Origin: an uncultured Eubacteriales bacterium
GTDB lineage: Bacteria > Bacillota > Clostridia > Christensenellales > DTU072
Assembly (NCBI GenBank): GCA_902766965.1
Contig: CACXFJ010000081.1
Location: forward strand, 4,332 to 68,331
Length of the DNA: 64,000 nucleotides
Direction of reading: 5' to 3'
Below the pieces are notes generated by a model. The model did not search any database. It saw nothing but the letters and a program-made list of their open reading frames with translations, and was not told the origin of the DNA. Positions 57,126 to 64,000 of this stretch are shown here, one piece after another (within the stretch, counting starts at the first letter, position 1; every line of letters begins with the position of its first letter). The position numbers and the translations under genes were made by a program.

Positions 57126-57686
57126 GTGGACGTTAATCCGAATACCGAAATAAAGCGGAATAAGAAAAAATCATTTATAGGAATAATAGTGTTCGTAATA
57201 GTGCTTATTGCGGTGATGTGCGGCACATATTATTTCAGTCACAATTATCTCGTAATCTATCCCGTAAAAGGGCAGTCGATGGAAAATACCATTCACGACG
57301 GCGAAAACGTGATTCTTTTCAAAACCACAAAAGTAAAGTACGACGACATCATAGTCTTTTACGTCCCCGACGAAAACAGATACCTTATCAAAAGGGTGAT
57401 AGGACTTGCGGGCGACGAGATAGAAATAAAATATTCTTACGACGATTCACTTTATCACGTCTATCGCAACGGCGCAATTTTGAGCGAAGAATATATCTAT
57501 GAGCCTATGGACAGAGTTTATACGGAGATGAAAGTTGTCGTGCCGGAAGGTAAAGTGTTTTTCTTGGGCGACAACAGGCTCGATTCCTACGATTCTCACG
57601 TCGGGAATTTTTACGCCGACGTCAACCAGATACAAGGCGTGGCGTTCGTAAAGTATTCCGATTGGGAAAGCGTTAAGTTTTTATAA
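57126..57686 (+). CDS. lepB: signal peptidase I
   Basis: GQSMENT (Ser box), KRVIGLAGD (Lys box) and GDNRLDSYDS. I chose a GTG start at 57126, 5 nt after AGAGG, which avoids a 70-nt overlap with the upstream gene. Confidence 0.85.
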   Translation: MDVNPNTEIKRNKKKSFIGIIVFVIVLIAVMCGTYYFSHNYLVIYPVKGQSMENTIHDGENVILFKTTKVKYDDIIVFYVPDENRYLIKRVIGLAGDEIEIKYSYDDSLYHVYRNGAILSEEYIYEPMDRVYTEMKVVVPEGKVFFLGDNRLDSYDSHVGNFYADVNQIQGVAFVKYSDWESVKFL

Positions 57687-57786
57687 AAATCGATTTTCGG
57701 AGAACGTAACGTGAACTTTCGGGTTCCCGTTTTTTAGATATAAAAAAACGGCCGCCGTTAAGCGACCGTTATATTTTTCGGAAAGG

Positions 57787-58425
57787 TTATTTCTTTTTGA
57801 AGATTTTGTTTTTTAACGCGACGAGCGTAATCACGACGGTCACGAGTAAAGCAAGCACGGGCAGGAGCCAACCGGGGTGCCAGGGCATAAATCCCGTTAT
57901 TCCGAGTATAACGTAAGTCATCGTCGCCGCCACTATAATAAAGGCTTCTAACGAAACGAGAGTCAGTTTGTTTTCCGTGCCGATGCAGGCGATAAGGTCT
58001 GCTCCCGTAAGAGTAACGGGAAGGAAGAGGAAGAGTATCCAGCTTAACGACCACGCGTTGTCGGCGAGTGCGGAAAAGAGGAAGTAAGTCGCGAGAATTC
58101 CGCTCGTGATAGCCGACGCGATAAGAATGCGCATTAAAAGGTACTTTTTCGCCATAGACGATTTGATTGCGTAGAAGATAGCCAGTCCCATACCGCCTAC
58201 GAGAATACCCGTGACGGGGATAAGCCAGCTTACCGACCAAAAGTTTTTGACGCACAGGCTTACGATAAGATAAACGACAAGTAAGGCTATTACGTAAATT
58301 ACCGACCCGATAATGACGTTAAAAGTCCTTTTAGCCGACTTTTTCGATGATTCGACGGCTTCCGACACAGCTTTAGCGGCGTCTTCGGCTACGTTTTCTA
58401 CGTTGTCTTTGACTTCGTGCAACAT
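57787..58425 (-). CDS. hypothetical polytopic membrane protein
   Basis: The start at 58425 is preceded by GGAGGG. An amphipathic N-terminus is followed by about 6 TM helices. Confidence 0.65.
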   Translation of the reverse strand: MLHEVKDNVENVAEDAAKAVSEAVESSKKSAKRTFNVIIGSVIYVIALLVVYLIVSLCVKNFWSVSWLIPVTGILVGGMGLAIFYAIKSSMAKKYLLMRILIASAITSGILATYFLFSALADNAWSLSWILFLFLPVTLTGADLIACIGTENKLTLVSLEAFIIVAATMTYVILGITGFMPWHPGWLLPVLALLVTVVITLVALKNKIFKKK

Positions 58426-58687
58426 ATATCCCTCCGAAATATTATTTTTTCGCGAAACGGATTCCCCGTCCGACGACGAAGTCTCCCTACAAACAATAAT
58501 TTTAACATCTGTCAGAAAAATTTGCAATGCTTTCCGAAAAAACAAGCGAAAATAATGCTGAATTTTCATAATTTAACAAAATAATTCTTTCTCGGCAAAC
58601 TTATTATTCGAACGGACTTAATTAACGTAAGTATAGAATAATTCCGATAGGGAGGGCGGGCGGGATATACGAAAACCTATATACGGA

Positions 58688-58719
58688 TAAAAACGGAATA
58701 GAAAACACGCCTATTCCGT
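58688..58719 (-). terminator. intrinsic terminator downstream of the coiled-coil gene and hairpin array
   Basis: Stem ACGGAATAG/CTATTCCGT with a U-run on the minus strand. Confidence 0.75.
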
Positions 58720-58778
58720 CATATACTTTATATCCGTAGCTCAAAACCGACGGTTTTGAAATTCGTTTTTATTTATCC

Positions 58779-58920
58779 TTAACGCCGAAATCTTTGATTT
58801 TGGCAATTAACTCCGCTCCGTAAGGAGTGGAAATTAACGCCACGCAGTGGCAATTCACGCCCGCAAGGGCAATTAACGCCACGCAGTGGCAATTCACGCC
58901 GCTTGCGGCTTATAATTGCC
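58779..58920. repeat. tandem array of six ~20-nt units: AATT-containing linker (AATT[A/C]AC) plus short GC-rich hairpin
   Basis: AATT occurs at 58805, 58832, 58852, 58871, 58891 and 58914. Hairpins lie at 58784-58804, 58812-58831, 58839-58851, 58859-58870, 58878-58890 and 58898-58909. The array includes a 39-bp tandem duplication (58832-58870 and 58871-58909). Confidence 0.85.
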
Positions 58921-59404
58921 TTAGCAGTTCCTGCAATTCTTCTTCGCTTAGTTCGTCGATATGGCGTTTTTCCGTATTTTTTTCGTGAGAAACGGCGGCG
59001 TCCAACTTGTCGAGCCGTTCGGTTTCTTCGAGAAAATCGTCTATTTTTTCGTCTTCGAACTCTTCCAAAAGGATTTTCCGACACTCGTCGAGAGCGGACA
59101 GAGTTTTTTGATAGTCCTTTTCCGCGCTGCCGTTTTTTGCGGCGGCAATCCATTTTTTGCGAAAAGCGCACAGCCTTTCGCATTCCAACGAATACTTTAT
59201 TTTGAGTTCTTTTTCGACGGATTTTTGCAAGGCGTCGGCGTAAGACAGAGCGTCGGCGATTTTTCTTTCCTTTTTACGGTATTCTTCCAGCATGACCGTA
59301 AGGTCGGCGTTCATTCTTTTCAGTTCCGCTATGCGTTCCGCGTAAATTTTCTTATCGTCGTTTTCGGGAAGAAGAGGCGGTTTCTTTTTATTTACTTTTT
59401 TCAT
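58910..59404 (-). CDS. hypothetical coiled-coil protein
   Basis: 164 aa, Lys/Glu-rich with heptad character. No motif recognised. Confidence 0.6.
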   Translation of the reverse strand: MKKVNKKKPPLLPENDDKKIYAERIAELKRMNADLTVMLEEYRKKERKIADALSYADALQKSVEKELKIKYSLECERLCAFRKKWIAAAKNGSAEKDYQKTLSALDECRKILLEEFEDEKIDDFLEETERLDKLDAAVSHEKNTEKRHIDELSEEELQELLRQL

Positions 59405-59560
59405 ACCGTTAATTATGACCGCGAAATCAATAAAAAAACCGAATTTATTTGTAGATATTTGTCTAATATAAGATTATTTGGTATACTTATAATATTATAT
59501 TCGATATAAAAAACAACAAACTGTTTTCGTGCGGACGCACGGAACCTTACGGAGTAAGCA

Positions 59561-59830
59561 ATGAAAGCGATAGTATCTGTCCTCGGAGAGGACAAAAAAG
59601 GAATTATAGCGAAAGTATCCACCGCCTTATACGATATGGACATTAACGTGGAAGATATTTCGCAGACCATTATGCAACGTTATTTTACTATGATAATGTT
59701 GGTAAATTTAGAGGACAGCAAACTTAAATTCAGTCAAATAAGCGAAAATCTTTCCGCTCTCGGCAGAGAGACCGGCGTGGATATAAGGATACAGAGCGAA
59801 GCTATTTTCGACTCCATGCACAGGATTTAG
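59561..59830 (+). CDS. ACT-domain protein of the UPF0237 family
   Basis: 89 aa (AIVSVLGEDKKGIIAKVS...), always paired with a UPF0210 gene. Confidence 0.85.
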   Translation: MKAIVSVLGEDKKGIIAKVSTALYDMDINVEDISQTIMQRYFTMIMLVNLEDSKLKFSQISENLSALGRETGVDIRIQSEAIFDSMHRI

Positions 59831-59842
59831 AGGGGAAGAAAG

Positions 59843-61189
59843 ATGATTTCCATCAACGAAATTATAGAAACGAACAGAATGGTTCAGTCGCAGCACCTCG
59901 ACGTCCGCACGATAACTATGGGGATTTCCCTTCTCGACTGTATCGGAAACACCGTCGAAGAGACCGCCGAAGCCGTATATAAAAAGGTCAAGGAAAAGGC
60001 GGGGAAGCTGGTGGCTACGGGGGAAGATATAGCCTGCGAAACGGGCATACCTATCGTAAACAAGCGTGTTTCCGTCACTCCGATTAGTCTTATTACGGCA
60101 AAAACCGGGGGCGCGGTTAAATTAGCGGAAACGCTCGACAAAGTCGCCAAGGAAATAGGAGTGGACTTTATCGGCGGATACACCGCGCTCGTCCATAAGG
60201 GCATGACAGATTACGAAAAGGAATTTATTATGAGTATCCCCGAAGCTCTGTCGAAGACCGACAGGGTATGTTCTTCGGTGAACATAGGTTCTACGCAGGC
60301 CGGAATAAATATGGACGCGGTTCGTCTTATGGGTAAAGTAATTAAGGATACCGCTTATCTTACCGCCGACAAGGGTTCGATAGGTTGCGCAAAGCTCGTC
60401 GTTTTCGCGAACGCCGTCGAAGACAATCCCTTTATGGCGGGGGCTTTCCACGGAGTGGGAGAAAAAGACGTCGTAATTAACGTGGGCGTAAGCGGTCCGG
60501 GGGTAGTCAAAGCGGCGTTGGAACAAGTAGACGGCGACCTTACCGAAGTCGCGGAAACTATTAAAAAAATAGCGTATAAAATTACGAGAGTAGGGCAGTT
60601 TGTTGCGGAAGAAGCAAGCCGCAGACTTAACGCAAATTTCGGCATAGTGGATTTAAGCCTTGCGCCCACTCCCGTTAAAGGCGATTCCGTCGCTCGTATT
60701 CTGGAAGAAATAGGCTTGGAATGCGCGGGCGGATACGGGACTACCGCTTGCCTCGCTCTCCTTAACGACGCGGTAAAAAAAGGCGGAATTATGGCTACTT
60801 CGCACGTAGGGGGACTGAGCGGAGCGTTTATTCCCGTAAGCGAAGACGAAGGAATGATAAACGCCGTCGAAAAGGGAATTCTCCGCGCGGAAAAACTCGA
60901 AGCAATGACGGCTATATGCTCGGTAGGTCTCGATATGATAGCGGTACCCGGGGATACGACGGCGGAAGTCCTTTCCGCGATGATAGCCGACGAAGCGGCG
61001 ATAGGGGTAAGCAACAACAAGACCACCGCGGTAAGAGTCATTCCCGTCTACGGCAAGACGGAAGGACGCGTCGATTTCGGAGGGCTGTTAGGCACCGCTC
61101 CCATAATGAAAATAAACACGGTTTCGCCCGCAAAGTTTATTAACCGCGGAGGAAGAATACCGGCTCCCGTTTGGGCGCATAAAAACTAA
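59843..61189 (+). CDS. UPF0210 (DUF711, PFL-like) family protein
   Basis: 448 aa with the N-terminus ...[15 protein letters not shown] typical of UPF0210. Confidence 0.88.
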   Translation: MISINEIIETNRMVQSQHLDVRTITMGISLLDCIGNTVEETAEAVYKKVKEKAGKLVATGEDIACETGIPIVNKRVSVTPISLITAKTGGAVKLAETLDKVAKEIGVDFIGGYTALVHKGMTDYEKEFIMSIPEALSKTDRVCSSVNIGSTQAGINMDAVRLMGKVIKDTAYLTADKGSIGCAKLVVFANAVEDNPFMAGAFHGVGEKDVVINVGVSGPGVVKAALEQVDGDLTEVAETIKKIAYKITRVGQFVAEEASRRLNANFGIVDLSLAPTPVKGDSVARILEEIGLECAGGYGTTACLALLNDAVKKGGIMATSHVGGLSGAFIPVSEDEGMINAVEKGILRAEKLEAMTAICSVGLDMIAVPGDTTAEVLSAMIADEAAIGVSNNKTTAVRVIPVYGKTEGRVDFGGLLGTAPIMKINTVSPAKFINRGGRIPAPVWAHKN

Positions 61190-61207
61190 AATAAGGACGG
61201 AAAAGTT

Positions 61208-61690
61208 ATGAAAAGAATAGCTCGTTTCTGTAAAGTAAGCGAAGAGAGATTTATACTTGACGGCGGAACCAAAGATAGTTACGGTAAGATAAAATTACCT
61301 GAAAGAGCCACGGCGGGCAGCGCGGGGTACGACTTTTTTACCCCCGTATCTTTCACCCTTAAACCGGGCGAAACGATAAAAATTCCGACGGGGATACGAG
61401 CGGAGATAAACGAAGGGTGGGTTCTTAATATTTACCCTCGCAGCGGTTTGGGATTTAAGTACCGTCTGCAACTTAACAACACCGTCGGGATAATAGATTC
61501 AGATTATTTTTTCAGCGATAACGAAGGACATATCCAAATCAAATTGACAAACGATTCGAAAGAGGGTAAAATTCTTTCCTTGGAAGAAGGTCAAGCCTTT
61601 TGTCAGGGCGTTTTTACCGAATACGGAATAACGTTCGACGACGACGCGACGGATAAACGCAACGGCGGTTTCGGCAGTACCGGGAAATAA
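61208..61690 (+). CDS. dut: dUTP diphosphatase
   Basis: AGSAGYD, PRSGLG, GIIDSDY and a C-terminal NGGFGSTG motif. Confidence 0.85.
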   Translation: MKRIARFCKVSEERFILDGGTKDSYGKIKLPERATAGSAGYDFFTPVSFTLKPGETIKIPTGIRAEINEGWVLNIYPRSGLGFKYRLQLNNTVGIIDSDYFFSDNEGHIQIKLTNDSKEGKILSLEEGQAFCQGVFTEYGITFDDDATDKRNGGFGSTGK

Positions 61691-61720
61691 AATCGTTCGT
61701 TGACGGAAAGAGGATAAAAA

Positions 61721-63028
61721 ATGACGGATTATACGATATTGCTCGAACTCGCTCTGATTTTGTTTTTTACAAAACTGTTCGGGATAATCACAAAAAAATT
61801 AGGCTTACCGCAGGTGGTAGGCTTTCTTATTGCCGGACTTCTGATAGGTCCGTGCGTACTTAAATGGGTTCACCCTTCCGATACTTTGAGAATAATAGCC
61901 GAACTGGGCGTAATTCTCATTATGTTCTCGGCGGGGCTGGAAACCAACGTAAAAGACCTTAAAGAAAACGGTCTCGCAGCGTTTTTAGTAGCGGCGGCAG
62001 GGGTAATATTGCCCCTCGGATTCGGATTTTTGATAGCGGCGGCTTTTCTCGGCGGATTTAAGAACGTGGACGCGATGCAACTTCTCAAATACGTCTTTAT
62101 CGGCGTAATAATGACCGCTACGAGCGTATCAATTACCGTAGAAACGTTGAGAGAAATGGGCAAGCTCCGTTCGAGAGCGGGGACCGTTATTTTGTCGGCG
62201 GCAATAATAGACGACGTTATCGGCATAGTTTTGCTCAGCTTTATTATGGGGGTAAGGAACCCCGAAGTAAAGCCCGGCATCGCTATCCTTAAAATGGTAA
62301 TATTCTTTATTCTCGCCATCGGCGTGGGGATAGGGATACATTATCTTTTCAAGTACCTTAACAAAAAATTTCCGCATACGAGAAGACTTCCTATTTTAGG
62401 ACTGGTTATTTGCTTCCTGTATGCGTATTGCGCGGAAAAATTTTTCGGGGTGGCGGATATTACCGGCGCGTATATCGCCGGAATTATGATGTCGGGACTT
62501 AAAGAGAGCGAATATATAGACAGAAAGATAGAAATCAACGCCTATATGATTTTCTCCCCCGTGTTCTTCGCGAGCATCGGAATAAACGCCGATTTTTCCA
62601 ACTTTAACGCGAATACGGTGTGGTTTTGCATTGCGTTCGTGGCGGTGGCGATAGCGACGAAAATGCTCGGGTGTCTGCTTGCGGCGAAGGCTTTGCGATA
62701 CAGCTGGCACGAGTCGATAATAATAGGCGTAGGAATGATAGCGAGAGGGGAAGTTTGCCTTATAGTTTTGCAGAAAGGAATTTCGGCGGGGTTTGTGACG
62801 GCGGACTATCTCGCGATGGGAGTTATGCTCGTAATAGTAAGCAGCCTCCTCGCTCCCATACTTCTTAAACTTATCTATAAAAGTTGGGATAAGCACGCCG
62901 CAAAGCAAACCTTGTCGCTCGAACTGCCCGACGGGAACGGAAATATAACCCTTGCCGACGGCGGAAATAACGGCGATAGTGCCGAACCCGATAAGCAAGA
63001 CACTACATCTTGTGATGACAAAAAATAA
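61721..63028 (+). CDS. cation:proton antiporter (CPA1/CPA2, Na+/H+ exchanger family)
   Basis: 435 aa with about 12 TM helices and the N-terminal pattern LLELALILFFTKLFG...GLPQVVGFLIAGLLIGP. Confidence 0.85.
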   Translation: MTDYTILLELALILFFTKLFGIITKKLGLPQVVGFLIAGLLIGPCVLKWVHPSDTLRIIAELGVILIMFSAGLETNVKDLKENGLAAFLVAAAGVILPLGFGFLIAAAFLGGFKNVDAMQLLKYVFIGVIMTATSVSITVETLREMGKLRSRAGTVILSAAIIDDVIGIVLLSFIMGVRNPEVKPGIAILKMVIFFILAIGVGIGIHYLFKYLNKKFPHTRRLPILGLVICFLYAYCAEKFFGVADITGAYIAGIMMSGLKESEYIDRKIEINAYMIFSPVFFASIGINADFSNFNANTVWFCIAFVAVAIATKMLGCLLAAKALRYSWHESIIIGVGMIARGEVCLIVLQKGISAGFVTADYLAMGVMLVIVSSLLAPILLKLIYKSWDKHAAKQTLSLELPDGNGNITLADGGNNGDSAEPDKQDTTSCDDKK

Positions 63029-63183
63029 AAATTAAACCAAAGGGAAGATAGTGTTTACTTTTCCGACGGCGTAGTGTTATAATTGTCACAATAGAAATTT
63101 GTTCGACCTTATATTTTTTATTCGGTCGGTATTTTTAGCGGTCGCGTCCGCGCGACTAATCGAAATAAAAAAACGGGAAACGA

Positions 63184-63714
63184 ATGATTAACGACGAAGA
63201 CATAAAGAGCAAACTGCTTATACTTTTCATTTTGGAAAAATTAGAAATGCCCATCAACGAGGACATTCTTTTGCAGATGTGTTCTTTGGACAACGACTGG
63301 ATACCGTATCTATGTTTTTCGCAATACGTTTCCGAGCTTGCCGGAGCGGGCTTTATAAACCGTCACGCCGACGAAATGTCGGGCAAAGACTACGTTCTTT
63401 CGTTAAGCGAGGACGGAAAGGTATGTTTAAGTCACTTCTTTAACGATATTTACAAGTCGGTACGCGACGACGTAACCGCCTATATCCGCAACAACAAACT
63501 TCTGTACAGAAAAAAACAGGAATTTTCCTGCAACTACGTCAGACTTGCCGACGGAACGTATAAAGTGACCTGCGCCGTATTGAACGTGGAATCGCCCGTA
63601 TTCGAGGTCACTTTCAACGTGCCTACGCTCGCAAAAGCCATTGCCATAAGGAATAAGTGGCAGAGTAAAGCGACGGATTTTTATAGGGTGTATACCGATT
63701 TACTTATAGACTAA
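63184..63714 (+). CDS. DUF4364 family (PadR-like) protein
   Basis: 176 aa. The N-terminal winged-helix-like pattern (KLLILFILEKLEMPI...) matches my memory of clostridial DUF4364 proteins. Confidence 0.7.
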   Translation: MINDEDIKSKLLILFILEKLEMPINEDILLQMCSLDNDWIPYLCFSQYVSELAGAGFINRHADEMSGKDYVLSLSEDGKVCLSHFFNDIYKSVRDDVTAYIRNNKLLYRKKQEFSCNYVRLADGTYKVTCAVLNVESPVFEVTFNVPTLAKAIAIRNKWQSKATDFYRVYTDLLID

Positions 63715-63720
63715 GAGAAG

Positions 63721-63795
63721 CCGACCACTCGTTATGCGGGATTTTTCCGCAGTCGTTACTCTTTGTGCGAAAAAATCTTAATCCGCATAAGTCGG
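63721..63795 (+). other. long imperfect inverted repeat (about 25 bp of pairing) between DUF4364 stop codon and its terminator
   Basis: Pairings are ccgac/gtcgg, ttatgcgg/ccgcataa and gatttttccgca/tgcgaaaaaatc (one mismatch), with a 14-nt loop. Confidence 0.6.
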
Positions 63796-63806
63796 ACTCA
63801 TAAGGA

Positions 63807-63831
63807 AGCAAGGCAGTCCGCCTTGCTTTTT
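63807..63831 (+). terminator. intrinsic terminator downstream of the DUF4364 gene
   Basis: Stem AGCAAGGC/GCCTTGCT followed by TTTTT. Confidence 0.8.
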
Positions 63832-63838
63832 CATATTG

Positions 63839-63923
63839 CGAATTTCGGCAGAGCCGAACGAATTTACCGTATGACGGTAACGAATTGTCACTGCGTGACG
63901 CGAATTTCGCAAGCAAGTTGCGA
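63839..63923. repeat. tandem array of four ~20-nt units: CGAATT linker plus variable perfect hairpin
   Basis: CGAATT occurs at 63839, 63859, 63881 and 63901. The hairpins are tcggc-aga-gccga, taccgt-atg-acggta, gtcac-tgc-gtgac and tcgcaa-gcaag-ttgcga. Confidence 0.85.
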
Positions 63924-64000
63924 GCGAACGGAACTATTTATTAAGTGAATTTTGCCGTTTATTTTGCAAATCGTAAGCAAAAAGTTTGCTCGTAAGGACT

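Noticed and set aside
58426-58569. 48-codon extension of the membrane-protein ORF 57787-58569
   Set aside because: The extension runs through the candidate promoter. The ATG at 58425 has a GGAGGG ribosome-binding site.
58779-58920. Possible CRISPR array
   Set aside because: The period is only ~20 nt. The supposed spacers are themselves palindromic hairpins of 12-20 nt. No cas genes or leader are present in the window.
63704-63948. 70-aa (minus) and 61-aa (plus) ORFs in the terminal intergenic region
   Set aside because: They overlap the terminator, the long inverted repeat and the hairpin array, have no ribosome-binding site, and have odd composition.
1-64000. Prophage, ICE, transposon or defence island; tRNA or rRNA genes
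   Set aside because: No integrase, transposase, recombinase, phage structural or typical defence genes were recognised. No T-loop-like GGTTCGAATCC motifs or rRNA-like stretches were noticed. Apart from 29150-30855, the composition is homogeneous.

Overview
This is a 64-kb chromosomal window from an anaerobic Firmicute that looks Clostridia-like. Supporting markers are a YyaC-type spore protease, a DUF4364 protein, the UPF0237/UPF0210 pair and a dockerin-bearing protease. GC is moderate, and codon usage is rich in NCG codons and poor in TTA/CTA/TCA. I call about 54 protein genes, mostly housekeeping or central metabolism: PaaK, GlyA, NadE, FtsH, NrdD, FumC, LepB, Dut and others. I saw no rRNA, tRNA, CRISPR array, transposase, integrase or phage genes, so this is not an obvious mobile or defence island. 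The most interesting items follow. (1) An 11-gene, translationally coupled operon (32058-43687) joins fumarase, HdrBCA, MvhD, a Flx/HydBG-like NAD(P)H module, an anchor-less FrdBA-like pair and an AAE-family transporter. I interpret it as a candidate flavin-based electron-bifurcating soluble fumarate reductase; this is inference. (2) A class III ribonucleotide reductase carries a C-terminal glutaredoxin-like domain. It is followed by a thioredoxin-reductase-like flavoprotein that lacks the NADPH arginine motif, and it sits behind textbook tandem NrdR boxes. (3) Two intergenic tandem arrays (58.8 kb and 63.85 kb) consist of about 20-nt units, each an AATT-containing linker plus a short hairpin whose stem sequence varies in a compensatory way. 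(4) A stand-alone 1872-aa Upf1-like SF1 helicase has a DUF4011-like region, a restriction-endonuclease-like domain and a DUF3320-like tail. (5) A dockerin-bearing M6 metalloprotease lipoprotein sits next to a lipoprotein with a cohesin-like domain and a GH20 hexosaminidase. All homology calls come from reading motifs by eye; no database search was run.
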